Under the pieces are notes generated by a model that saw only the letters and a list, made by a program, of their open reading frames with translations, did not search any database and was not told the origin of the DNA. The translations under genes were made by a program, and so were the position numbers. A stretch of 64,000 bases of DNA from Candidatus Nomurabacteria bacterium (GTDB lineage: Bacteria > Patescibacteriota > Minisyncoccia > Phycocordibacterales > UBA9973). The stretch spans positions 106,908-170,907 of the forward strand of contig JACQGC010000004.1 of the NCBI GenBank assembly GCA_016199805.1, in the 5' to 3' direction. Below, piece after piece: positions 16,628 to 25,458 of the stretch (its first letter is position 1; every line of letters begins with the position of its first letter).

Positions 16628-18661
16628 TTATAGGTATATTGTCTTCAGTAAATTTTTTTCTCCTTCTTTTTCAAATAAATCTCCCGGAATATCCGAAATA
16701 AATTCCGATGGCGCATTTATATTTCTTGACCCGAAAATGGTGCGGAAGTTTGCAAATGACAAAAACAATTTTTCCTTGGCGCGGGTGATGGCCACGTAAA
16801 AAAGCCTGCGCTCCTCTTCCCTATCTTCGCCTGTCTGCGTCTCATTGTGCCTTTGGTGCGGGAAAAGTCCGTCTTCTAGACCAGTCACAAAAACGTATTT
16901 AAATTCAAGGCCTTTTGACGCATGCACAGTCATTAGTTTAATTGAGTTTGTTTCTTTTTTCTTCTCCTGATTTATCATTATACTGTCTTGGTCGGAAGCA
17001 AGTGAAGCATCCTCTAAAAGCTTTTCAATTCCTGCTCCATTTACCAAATTATCGTATTTGAGGGCGAGGGTGGCGAGCTCTTTTATGTTCTCCAGTCTTT
17101 CCATATCTTCTTCGGTGCCACTAGAAAGTTCCAACTCGATGCCGGATTTTTTGACCACGAATTTTATCACCTCGCTCGTTTTTGCTTCTCCAATTTTTTC
17201 TTTTATTTCTTCCAGTATTTTATAAAAATTTTCAACTTTTACGCGCACTTTTATCGGCAGAGTTTCTTTTTCTCCGGCAAAAATTTTCGCCAAGGTCACT
17301 TTGCCTATGCCGCGCGCCGGAAAGTTAATTATTCTTTTTATATCCGACAAACTCTCCGGGTTCAAGGCCGCGCGCAGGTACGCGAGCGTATCTTTTATTT
17401 CTTTTCTTTCAAAAAATTTAACACCCAAAACTTGGTAAGGAATATTGTAGCGGAGCATAGCTTCTTCGAGCGCGCGCGATTGAAAATTTGCGCGGTACAG
17501 AACGGCTATATTAGATGGGGAAAAGGATTCTGCTTTTGCGGGGTCGCTGTCTGGGGCTTCTGCCCCAGCGCTCCCTCTCGGCTCGTCAGCCTGCGAGAGA
17601 CCCCGCGAAAGCAAATCCATTCCCCCATCCAGAATTTCCAAAATCTTTGTCGCCACGAAATCCGCTTCGTCATTTTCATCGAGCGCTTCGTACAGACCTA
17701 TCTTCTCGCCGACGATGTTGTCGGTAAATAAATTTTTGTCGGGTCTGAATTTATTTTTTTTGATTATTTCGTTGGCGGCTTCCAAAATATTTTTCGTGGA
17801 GCGGTAATTTTGTTCAAGCAGAACTATTTTCGCGTTCGGATAATCTTTTTCAAAACTCAAAATATTCTTCAGGTTGGCTCCGCGCCAGGAATATATATTT
17901 TGGTCGGCATCGCCCACCACGCAGATGTTTTTGCGTTCATTCAGAAGTAGTTTGGACATCATATATTGCACTTCGTTGGTGTCTTGGTACTCGTCGATGT
18001 GTATATATTCCCATTTCTCCTGGTAAATCTTCCGTATTTCAGCGTTGTCCTGCAAGAGTTTTGTGGCTTTCAGAAGTAAATCGTCAAAATCGAGTGAATT
18101 CTCTTTCATTTTTTGTTTCTCGTATAAATTCCATACCTGCGCCACTATTTTACCCAGAGTGCTGGTGCTTTGAGTTTCGGCATATTCCGCCAAATGGGTA
18201 AATTTTCCCTTCTCGCGGGAAATAATATTTTTTATTTTCTTCGGGTCATATTGTTTGGGGTCGATGCCGAGCTCTTTTATTATTTCTTTTATCATCGAGG
18301 TGGCGTCGCTTTCATCCAGAATAGTGAAATATTTTGTCAGGCCCAAAAGCCGCGCGTTTTCTTTTATTATGTAAACTCCGAGCGAGTGAAAAGTGCTGAC
18401 AAAGGGAATTTTGTCCTGGCCCTGGGTGTTTTTCTCTATTTCGGCAATTATTCTCTCCCGCATTTCCTTGGCGGCTTTATTGGTGAAAGTTACTGCCAAA
18501 ATTTTCTCCGGTGCGACTCCGTTTTTGATTAAGTTTACTATTCTGTGAGTGATAGTCTTGGTTTTTCCAGCGCCAGCCCCGGCCACTATCAAAATAGGCC
18601 CTGCCATATGCAAAGCCGCCTCTTTCTGCTCTTTATTTAAGCCCTTCAGGTGCTCGTCCAT
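16628..18661 (-). CDS. UvrD/PcrA/Rep-family ATP-dependent DNA helicase (with in-frame GC-rich insertion)
   Basis: 677 aa; Walker A AGAGAGKTKT, DEYQDTN helicase motif II, C-terminal VITRAKEKLFLS motif. Confidence 0.85.
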   Translation of the reverse strand: MDEHLKGLNKEQKEAALHMAGPILIVAGAGAGKTKTITHRIVNLIKNGVAPEKILAVTFTNKAAKEMRERIIAEIEKNTQGQDKIPFVSTFHSLGVYIIKENARLLGLTKYFTILDESDATSMIKEIIKELGIDPKQYDPKKIKNIISREKGKFTHLAEYAETQSTSTLGKIVAQVWNLYEKQKMKENSLDFDDLLLKATKLLQDNAEIRKIYQEKWEYIHIDEYQDTNEVQYMMSKLLLNERKNICVVGDADQNIYSWRGANLKNILSFEKDYPNAKIVLLEQNYRSTKNILEAANEIIKKNKFRPDKNLFTDNIVGEKIGLYEALDENDEADFVATKILEILDGGMDLLSRGLSQADEPRGSAGAEAPDSDPAKAESFSPSNIAVLYRANFQSRALEEAMLRYNIPYQVLGVKFFERKEIKDTLAYLRAALNPESLSDIKRIINFPARGIGKVTLAKIFAGEKETLPIKVRVKVENFYKILEEIKEKIGEAKTSEVIKFVVKKSGIELELSSGTEEDMERLENIKELATLALKYDNLVNGAGIEKLLEDASLASDQDSIMINQEKKKETNSIKLMTVHASKGLEFKYVFVTGLEDGLFPHQRHNETQTGEDREEERRLFYVAITRAKEKLFLSFANFRTIFGSRNINAPSEFISDIPGDLFEKEGEKNLLKTIYL
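17536..17612. repeat. In-frame GC-rich palindromic insert within the UvrD-family helicase gene
   Basis: ggggcttctgccccag and ctctcggctcgtcagcctgcgagag hairpins; encodes LSQADEPRGSAGAEAPDSDPAKAES. Confidence 0.5.
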
Positions 18662-18676
18662 AATGTAATACTAACA

Positions 18677-18754
18677 CAACCCCCTAAATCCCCCTTATCA
18701 GGGGGACTCCTGAATTTCTCCTCCCTTGATAAGGGGAGGTAGGGAGGGGTTGTA
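18677..18754. repeat. Type A GC-rich double-hairpin element copy
   Basis: caaccccctaaatcccccttatcagggggactcctgaatttctcctcccttgataaggggaggtagggaggggttg. Confidence 0.55.
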
Positions 18755-18758
18755 TTTT

Positions 18759-19853
18759 TTATTTCTGCTCCGGCAATTTAATTCCAAAAGCTTCTGCTTC
18801 GTCTGGCGATATCATTTTCCTCTCGCCAGGAAACAATCTTTTCCCGGCGGCGGTAGTTTCCATGTGCCCATCGGAAAATATTCTGGTTACCATTTCGGAA
18901 CCATCAGTTAGTGGTAAAGTCCGAATAAACATCCTCTCACCTTTTTCATCAACTGATTCAGTGAATTGGTCTTTTTCGTGTTTTGCATTTTCCTTGGCGC
19001 GTTCTTTTAATAATTCTTCATAAGACTTTGGCTTGGCTGTTTCTGGTTTTTTTACTGTTTCCACTTTTTTAGTGGGAGTTTCAATCTTATCCTTTTTCTT
19101 TGAAGCAGTTTTTTCCGGCGCGCTGCTTGTAATTTTGTCTTTGTCGTTTGGGTTTAAATGCGCCCTTTTTATTGACTCATCGTACACCCAGCCACCCACA
19201 GCTACTCCGGCTACAGCAGCGAGCGCAATCCATCGTTTTTTTAATGAACGCCAAAACCCTCTCGGGCGTTCTTCCTCATATTCTTCGTCTTTATCCTCTA
19301 TGTGTGAAGTAGTAGGCGGGATATTTATTATTACTGGAGGTGGTGGAGTATTGGGTGTTGGCGGAACAGGAGGTAAAGGCGGAAGTACTTCTGGGTTTAT
19401 TCCTAAAGGAGCCGAAATGGCGAGTCCTTGGGTTTGTTCAGCCTCACTAGGTGTTGGTTTTGTATATCCTTGTTCTAGCATATTCATTGCCTCGTCCAAT
19501 AATTCCTGCTCAGTTTTTTGCGCAATCGGACCTGTGGGTGCAGTGTCTTTTTGGGGTTCAGGTGGCAAAGGCTTGGGCGTAATCCGTCCAGTAGGCGCGG
19601 TGTCTGGTGTTGTGGGCGCATAAAGTGGTATCGATACACCACCCTTCCAACGACCCGTCGTCGTGCCGTCCCAATCAAAACCTTCCTTGCTTCCATCTGC
19701 ATAAATTCTTTCAGTCAACACCCCCTTGGCATCATAGTGTTCGGTGTATTCAATGTCTCCACGAGTGAATTTTTTCCAAACCAAACGACCATTCTCATAA
19801 TGTTCTGTTGGCGTATCTTGTGGCTCTCCTGGTTTTGGTTCTCCTGATTCCAT
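18759..19853 (-). CDS. Pro-rich single-pass membrane protein with N-terminal MORN-like repeats
   Basis: 364 aa; YENGRLVWKKF / YDAKGVLTERIYADGSKEGF repeats; PPxP-rich linker; one TM (WIALAAVAGVAVGGWVY); Lys-rich C-terminus. Confidence 0.5.
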   Translation of the reverse strand: MESGEPKPGEPQDTPTEHYENGRLVWKKFTRGDIEYTEHYDAKGVLTERIYADGSKEGFDWDGTTTGRWKGGVSIPLYAPTTPDTAPTGRITPKPLPPEPQKDTAPTGPIAQKTEQELLDEAMNMLEQGYTKPTPSEAEQTQGLAISAPLGINPEVLPPLPPVPPTPNTPPPPVIINIPPTTSHIEDKDEEYEEERPRGFWRSLKKRWIALAAVAGVAVGGWVYDESIKRAHLNPNDKDKITSSAPEKTASKKKDKIETPTKKVETVKKPETAKPKSYEELLKERAKENAKHEKDQFTESVDEKGERMFIRTLPLTDGSEMVTRIFSDGHMETTAAGKRLFPGERKMISPDEAEAFGIKLPEQK

Positions 19854-19976
19854 AGTTGTAATTTATTATATATTTTTTAGCTTTCAGAGCCTAATTTTTA
19901 CTTTAAAGTACTTTAATTATACATAATATACAACAAGCTGTCAAATTCGAGTTTTCCACAGCCGACCCCTTCCAGA

Positions 19977-20005
19977 TTGACTTTTGACCCTTTTTGCGCT
20001 ATTCT
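19977..20005 (+). promoter_or_regulatory. Candidate sigma70-type promoter for the LysM-M23 gene (TTGACT-17-TATTCT) giving an ~190-nt leader
   Basis: TTGACT at 19977, 17-nt spacer, TATTCT at 20000. Confidence 0.3.
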
Positions 20006-20203
20006 GAGTTTGTTATTCAGAAGAGAGGTACGGTACAAATTGACCGAAAGATAGAGCCGACAGTAACCATCGTGAGAACCTTAGTTTACAGAACTAAATA
20101 GGTCGTCCTGTGATTCTACCCTTATATTATAAGGGCTGAGAAGGAAATCTCGCGAAAATTCGTTTGTTTTATAAAAAACACAACTAAAATAGTTTGCAAA
20201 ATA

Positions 20204-21388
20204 TTGAGGTCGGCTTTAACCTTTTCCATCTTATTTGGAACTCTTTTGATTCCCCTTCGGGTGCTGGAAGCCAGCTTTTTGTCTTCCCTTTTTGTCGGAG
20301 ACCAAGCTTATGCCAAGACAGACAGCAAGGCGGACAAAACAAATAAGCCATATGAAATAAAGCCCCCCGAGAATGACAGCAATTCTCAAAACCCCGAGCT
20401 TTCCCTCGAGGCCAATGTTTCTTCCTCCTCTGTTTTTAAAACCAAAAACTCTACAAATAAGCCAATTTCTACAATTACAGGCAAGAACGACGCTCAAGTT
20501 GTCCAAGTTTCTCCGGTTGACCCAAATACAAAGGTAACCATTGTCGCCGACAATGCCATACAGCCAGCCACCGGTCCCATGGGAGTATCGGACGGCAAGG
20601 ACACTCCTACCCCTTCCACAAATGACACCAGTGTGTACGTGGTCAGAGCCGGAGATTCGATTTCCCAAATAGCCGATATGTTTGGGGTCACAGTCAATAC
20701 TATCCTCTCTGCCAATGATATGAAAAAGGGCGACAAGCTGACTCCTGGTGACGTTCTCCTGATTTTACCTATTTCCGGTATTGAGTACACGGTTAAAGCG
20801 AAAGACTCTTTGCAAAGTATTGCCAAGCTCTATAAGGTGGACATAAATGATATTGTGCAAAACAATGATATATCTGTGAACACCCCTCTCGTTGTCGGAG
20901 ACACTCTCATTATTCCAAATGCTGATGTTTCTCAGGAAAACGATAAGCCAATTCCTGCCAAAGATCTCGGCGCAAGCATTGCTAAAGACAAACAATACTA
21001 TGTACAGCATCCCGTGCAAAATCTTGCCGGATATTTCATAGACCCTGTTCCGGGATACAGACTGAGCCAGGGCATTCATGATAAAAACGCCGTGGATTTG
21101 GCGATAGGAAAAGGAACCCCTATTCACGCCGCTGCCGCCGGAGTGGTTCTCCTAGCCCGAAACGGATACAACGGAGGATTTGGTAATGTGGTCATCATTA
21201 ATCACCCAAATGGCACGCAGACCGTATATGCTCATCAATCGAAATTGGCCACGCACACCGGAGACCAGGTCTACCAAGGACAGGTTATCGGCTACGTCGG
21301 TTCTACTGGCCACTCTACCGGACCTCACTTACACTTCGAAGTTCATGGAGCGCAAAATCCTGGCGCGGATGATTCTTGGAAATACTAA
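20204..21388 (+). CDS. Peptidoglycan DD-metalloendopeptidase, two LysM domains + M23 peptidase domain
   Basis: LysM-like segments (YVVRAGDSISQIA..., YTVKAKDSLQSIA...); M23 motifs HxxxD and GSTGHSTGPHLHFEVH. Confidence 0.85.
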   Translation: MRSALTFSILFGTLLIPLRVLEASFLSSLFVGDQAYAKTDSKADKTNKPYEIKPPENDSNSQNPELSLEANVSSSSVFKTKNSTNKPISTITGKNDAQVVQVSPVDPNTKVTIVADNAIQPATGPMGVSDGKDTPTPSTNDTSVYVVRAGDSISQIADMFGVTVNTILSANDMKKGDKLTPGDVLLILPISGIEYTVKAKDSLQSIAKLYKVDINDIVQNNDISVNTPLVVGDTLIIPNADVSQENDKPIPAKDLGASIAKDKQYYVQHPVQNLAGYFIDPVPGYRLSQGIHDKNAVDLAIGKGTPIHAAAAGVVLLARNGYNGGFGNVVIINHPNGTQTVYAHQSKLATHTGDQVYQGQVIGYVGSTGHSTGPHLHFEVHGAQNPGADDSWKY

Positions 21389-21397
21389 AAAAATAAA

Positions 21398-21470
21398 TAG
21401 CAAATTTTTTTGTCGCTCACCCTTCCCCGAGTACGGGGCGGGACCCTACTCCAAAAAAATTTGCTGTTTG
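21398..21470. terminator. Bidirectional terminator between convergent M23 and ZIP genes: 13-bp AT inverted repeat flanking the GC core CCCCGAGTACGGGG
   Basis: agcaaattttttt...cccttccccgagtacggggcggg...aaaaaaatttgct. Confidence 0.45.
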
Positions 21471-21475
21471 TTTTT

Positions 21476-22210
21476 TTATATTCCTGCAAAATGTATAGCC
21501 GTGTATAAAACCGCTACGCCCAAAACCGTGGCGAAAGTTGTCCACGCGGTCGGATGGCTGTGATGGCTCTCCGGCAACAAGTCCGAAGCGCCGATATACA
21601 GGAAAAACCCTGTAAAAATGGCTAAAATTACACCCAGGGTCGATTCCGATACCGAAAAAAATAAAGTAGAAATTACTCCGAGGACCGGGGCAAGCGCGTC
21701 AATCAAAAGCCATTTGAAAGCCTGTGCGCGAGTGCCGGAATTTTTCAAAATCATATTCACTGTATTTATACCATCGGAGAAATCATGCACCAGCACCGCC
21801 GTGGCCACCACTACGCCGACGGCTGCAGACACCTGAAAGGCTAAACCCATAGCTACCCCATCGAGCAAGCTGTGCGCCGATAAACTTCCCGCCCCCAGTA
21901 TTCCCCTCTCGCTCATTTTTCTCACCGCACTTTCTTCGTCTTGGTCATGTGAATGAAAAAAAACAAATCTGTCTAAAATAGTATAAGCTATGAATCCTAA
22001 AGCGACGATAGAAGTAATATATGAGACAGAGTAGTGTGCGCCACCGAGACTTATAGCTTCCGGTAGTAAATCAAAAAAGGCCACACCGATGATTGCCCCG
22101 GCCGAGAAACCTAAAATCAAATGTAATTTATCTTTAAAACGCAAAGCAAACATACCACCCAAAAAAGTGGAAACCAACGCCGCGACGCTGATTAAAATTA
22201 TCATTCCCAT
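21476..22210 (-). CDS. ZIP-family divalent metal transporter (ZupT-like)
   Basis: 244 aa, about 8 TM; His-rich loop and HDFSDG / HSLLDGVAMG motifs. Confidence 0.7.
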   Translation of the reverse strand: MGMIILISVAALVSTFLGGMFALRFKDKLHLILGFSAGAIIGVAFFDLLPEAISLGGAHYSVSYITSIVALGFIAYTILDRFVFFHSHDQDEESAVRKMSERGILGAGSLSAHSLLDGVAMGLAFQVSAAVGVVVATAVLVHDFSDGINTVNMILKNSGTRAQAFKWLLIDALAPVLGVISTLFFSVSESTLGVILAIFTGFFLYIGASDLLPESHHSHPTAWTTFATVLGVAVLYTAIHFAGI

Positions 22211-22227
22211 AGTATAGCAATTTTTTG

Positions 22228-22298
22228 TGCGGGATGGGAGAATCGAACTCCCAACCTCAGTTTGGAAAACTGACGTTTTACCATTAAACTAATCCCGC
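22228..22298 (-). tRNA. tRNA-Gly (anticodon TCC)
   Basis: Reverse complement GCGGGATTAGTTTAATGGTAAAACGTCAGTTTTCCAAACTGAGGTTGGGAGTTCGATTCTCCCATCCCGCA folds into a cloverleaf with a 7-bp acceptor stem, anticodon loop TTTCCAA and T-loop TTCGATT. Confidence 0.75.
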
Positions 22299-22324
22299 AA
22301 AACAAAACTAATTCAAAAAACTTG

Positions 22325-22395
22325 TCGGGCTGCTGGGAGTCGAACCCAGCCTAAATGCTCCCAAAGCACTTGTACAACCGATATACTACAGCCCG
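22325..22395 (-). tRNA. tRNA-Pro (anticodon TGG most likely; alternative register GGG)
   Basis: Reverse complement CGGGCTGTAGTATATCGGTTGTACAAGTGCTTTGGGAGCATTTAGGCTGGGTTCGACTCCCAGCAGCCCGA: C1-G72 acceptor typical of tRNA-Pro, anticodon loop TTTGGGA with G37, T-loop TTCGACT. Confidence 0.6.
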
Positions 22396-22425
22396 CTGCC
22401 TCAAATTCAACGATGATTTAATATA

Positions 22426-22854
22426 TCATAAAATTATATCGCTGACTACTTTTACTCTTGCCTTTCTTTCTTTTTGGCATAAATAAATGACCAACAAATC
22501 CACTTGCCATTCTTTTTCTTCTAAATTTCTATGGGACAAAAGGTAGGTTTGGATTGTCCGTGACAGGCGTTTTAGTTTCCATGGGTGCATATTGTCTTCG
22601 GGCCGGGGTTCGTATCTGTCGTCGGAACTACTATATGATTTTGGTGTAAATGTATCTAAAGTTTCTCGTGAAACGCTTTTTACCTCGATAAAATATAGCT
22701 TCCCTTCTTTTTCGGCAACAATATCAATTTCACCCCATTTTTTAGTGTAGTTCCTATCTAATATTAGAAATCCATGTTTCACGAGGAACTTTGCAGCTAT
22801 ATTTTCGCCAAGTTCTCCTATCTTTTGCTTTTCTGATGTAAATACCTTAGGCAT
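22426..22854 (-). CDS. YraN/UPF0102-family predicted endonuclease
   Basis: GELGENIAAKFLVKHGFLILDRNY...EIDIVAEKEGKLYFIEVKS matches the UPF0102 signature. Confidence 0.65.
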   Translation of the reverse strand: MPKVFTSEKQKIGELGENIAAKFLVKHGFLILDRNYTKKWGEIDIVAEKEGKLYFIEVKSVSRETLDTFTPKSYSSSDDRYEPRPEDNMHPWKLKRLSRTIQTYLLSHRNLEEKEWQVDLLVIYLCQKERKARVKVVSDIIL

Positions 22855-22934
22855 ATAAATAGCAATGTTTCACGATTAACCGGCCTCAAGTTTCACGCCT
22901 GCCCGCCTCTGGCGGGAATAACATACTAATTTAA

Positions 22935-22948
22935 GTTTCACGTGAAAC
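22935..22948. promoter_or_regulatory. Perfect 14-bp palindrome GTTTCACGTGAAAC, one of about 8 GTTTCACG-type motifs clustered at 22660-24140
   Basis: Other copies at about 22667, 22775, 22866, 22891, 23888 and 24105/24130 (the last two in coding sequence). Confidence 0.3.
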
Positions 22949-23135
22949 AAAACCGTAATTTATCGTGTCTTTTATCAAAATAACCTTATTTTACAACGTA
23001 TATTAAACAAAAATCACCCTGAAAGACATCGCAAAACTATGTCCTTTATAAACATTACTAACATAGTTATCCCCATTTTCAACAAAATCCTTTAACGACA
23101 AGCACTTTATAAAGGACAGGACAGAATCATTCGTG

Positions 23136-23206
23136 TGCGGCCACCGGGAATCGGACCCGAATCTGATCCTTGGCAAGGACCTGTTCTACCATTAAACCAT
23201 GACCGC
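23136..23206 (-). tRNA. tRNA-Gly (anticodon GCC)
   Basis: Reverse complement GCGGTCATGGTTTAATGGTAGAACAGGTCCTTGCCAAGGATCAGATTCGGGTCCGATTCCCGGTGGCCGCA; anticodon loop TTGCCAA. Confidence 0.75.
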
Positions 23207-23298
23207 TTTTTTGATTTCAAAAGCAGATTCATTATAGTATTTTATTAAAAGTAATGCAATTGTAAACTTCGAATATATCTTGTGTTCCGAAGTTAATC

Positions 23299-23751
23299 GT
23301 GCTAGAATATAGGTCAATGAAGAAATGCACAAAGTGCGGAAAAGAAAAAAAGGAAAGCGAATTTAATTTTAAAATCAAAGTTTTGGGATTGCGCCATAAT
23401 CAATGCAATGAATGCACTAGGTTATTTGTAAAAAATCATTATAATAAGAATAAAGAGTATTATTTAATAAAGACGCATAAGCGTAATAGCAAATTAAGAC
23501 TAGAGGTGTTAAATTACCAGCGGCAATATTTACAGGAAAACCCTTGCGTAGACTGCGGTGAATCGGATATTACCGTTCTCGAATTTGACCATAAGGGTAA
23601 AATTCCAAAATTTAAGGCAGTATCTTCTTTAATGCGGTCTCGTTATTCACTGATAAGAATAAAAGAAGAAATTAATAAGTGTGATGTTAGGTGCGCAAAT
23701 TGCCATAGACGAAAAACAGCAAAAGATTTCAAATGGTTAAAAAGTAATTGA
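23299..23751 (+). CDS. HNH endonuclease-family protein with multiple Zn-ribbon CxxC motifs
   Basis: 150 aa; CTKCGK, CNECT, CVDCGESDITVLEFDHKGK...N...CANCHRRK (HNH D-H-N-CxxCH pattern); lies between two tRNA genes. Confidence 0.6.
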   Translation: MLEYRSMKKCTKCGKEKKESEFNFKIKVLGLRHNQCNECTRLFVKNHYNKNKEYYLIKTHKRNSKLRLEVLNYQRQYLQENPCVDCGESDITVLEFDHKGKIPKFKAVSSLMRSRYSLIRIKEEINKCDVRCANCHRRKTAKDFKWLKSN

Positions 23752-23756
23752 ATAAC

Positions 23757-23828
23757 GCGCTTGTAGCTCAACGGATAGAGTACTCGTCTTCGGAACGAGT
23801 GATGTGGGTTCGATTCCTGCCAGGCGCA
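23757..23828 (+). tRNA. tRNA-Arg (anticodon TCG)
   Basis: GCGCTTGTAGCTCAACGGATAGAGTACTCGTCTTCGGAACGAGTGATGTGGGTTCGATTCCTGCCAGGCGCA; anticodon loop CTTCGGA, T-loop TTCGATT. Confidence 0.75.
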
Positions 23829-23838
23829 CAAAAACTAG

Positions 23839-25455
23839 ATGGAACAAAATCTAAAAAACTTAATACAAAAAATACCCAAGGAAGTTTCACATGTAACCGA
23901 AACTTTAGAAAAAGCCGGTTTTGAGGCGTACCTGGTCGGTGGCTGTGTCCGCGATCTGATTATCGGCAGAGAGCCGAAAGATTGGGATGTTACGACCAAT
24001 GCCAAGCCGGAGCAGATTATCGGTCTTTTTGAGAAAACTGTATATGAAAATACGTTTGGGACCGTGGGAGTTGTTATTTCCTTCGGGGGTACTCAGGACG
24101 TTCCGCGTGAAACGGGGGATGAGGTTGTTCCTCGTGAAACACCGGAAAACATGATGATAGAAGTCACTCCCTACAGAATCGAAGCAAAATATAGCGATTT
24201 TAGGCATCCGGATGAGGTAAAATTCAGTGAAAATCTATCGGACGACCTTAAAAGACGTGATTTCACTATCAATGCGCTGGCAATGGACTCTAAAGGACAC
24301 GTAACGGACTTGTTTGAAGGCATAAAGGACATAAAGGACAAGACCTTGCGAGCCGTCGGTAATCCTGACGACAGATTTACCGAAGATGCGCTCCGAATGT
24401 TGCGCGCCGTGCGCTTCGCTTGCCAACTGGATTTTTCTGTGTCGTATGAAACAATGGAAAGTATTTTGAAAAATGCGGAATTGCTTTCCAAAATTTCCGC
24501 CGAAAGAATTCGTGATGAATTTGAAAAAATAATTATGTCAGCAAATCCCGCCAGCGGAATCGTGATGTTGCAAAAATTTAATTTGTTAAAAAATATTATT
24601 CCGGAGCTTGAAGAGGGAATTGGTTGCGAACAAAGTGGCGAACATATCTATGATGTTTGGAATCATCTTCTGCACGCGGTGCAACATGCCGCCGACAAGA
24701 ATTGGCCGCTGCATATAAGGCTCGCCGCGCTTTTTCACGATATAGGGAAGCCGAAATCCCGACGCTTGGCGGGAGCCGAAGAAGTAAAGAAAAATTTCTC
24801 GGCATTACTCCAGCCTTCGGCTGGAACCTTCCGCCAGCAAAATTCTTCTTTACCTCTTCGGCAGAAAAAGAAATATACTTTCTACGGGCACGAAGTTGTC
24901 GGCGCGAGGATGACAAAAAAAATATTGGAGCGTTTGAAATTTCCCAAAAAAGAAATTGATTTGGTGGATAAGCTTGTCCGCAACCATATGTTTTTTTCGG
25001 ATACGGAATTGATTACGCTTTCGGCTGTGCGCCGCATCGTGGTAAAAGTCGGCAAAGAAAATATTTGGTCTCTCATGAATGTGCGTGAGTGTGACCGGGT
25101 AGGCATGAAGAAAAAAGAAGCACCATACAGATTGCGAAAATATTTTGCGATGATAGAAGAAGCTCTGCGTGACCCGATTTCCGTCGGCCAGTTGAAAATA
25201 AACGGTGAATACATGATAAAAGAGCTAGGAATAACACCCGGTCCACGCATGGGGTGGATTTTAAACGCGCTCCTCGAAGAAGTGCTGGACGCTCCGGAGA
25301 AAAATACCGTGGAGCATCTCTCTGAACTGGTGAAATCCCTAAACATGCTTGGTAACGAAGAATTAAAAACCCTAGGCGATAGAGGAAAAGAAAAAAAAGA
25401 AGAATTAGAGGAAGAAGAAGTGAAAAAATTACATCTACGCCATGGCGTAGATTAG
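23839..25455 (+). CDS. cca: CCA-adding tRNA nucleotidyltransferase with HD domain (carries in-frame repeat/hairpin insertions)
   Basis: GGCVRDLIIGREPKDWDV nucleotidyltransferase motif; HDIGKP HD motif; tandem VPRETGDEVVPRET duplication; CCAGCCTTCGGCTGG hairpin in-frame. Confidence 0.8.
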   Translation: MEQNLKNLIQKIPKEVSHVTETLEKAGFEAYLVGGCVRDLIIGREPKDWDVTTNAKPEQIIGLFEKTVYENTFGTVGVVISFGGTQDVPRETGDEVVPRETPENMMIEVTPYRIEAKYSDFRHPDEVKFSENLSDDLKRRDFTINALAMDSKGHVTDLFEGIKDIKDKTLRAVGNPDDRFTEDALRMLRAVRFACQLDFSVSYETMESILKNAELLSKISAERIRDEFEKIIMSANPASGIVMLQKFNLLKNIIPELEEGIGCEQSGEHIYDVWNHLLHAVQHAADKNWPLHIRLAALFHDIGKPKSRRLAGAEEVKKNFSALLQPSAGTFRQQNSSLPLRQKKKYTFYGHEVVGARMTKKILERLKFPKKEIDLVDKLVRNHMFFSDTELITLSAVRRIVVKVGKENIWSLMNVRECDRVGMKKKEAPYRLRKYFAMIEEALRDPISVGQLKINGEYMIKELGITPGPRMGWILNALLEEVLDAPEKNTVEHLSELVKSLNMLGNEELKTLGDRGKEKKEELEEEEVKKLHLRHGVD

Positions 25456-25458
25456 AAA

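Noticed and set aside
20006-20203. Possible c-di-AMP (ydaO/kimA) riboswitch in the ~190-nt leader of the LysM-M23 hydrolase gene
   Set aside because: Such riboswitches commonly precede cell-wall hydrolases. However, I could not find the conserved GGGGA/ACCCA and pseudo-symmetric boxes in the sequence, so it is left as an unexplained long leader. An Rfam RF00379 scan would settle it.
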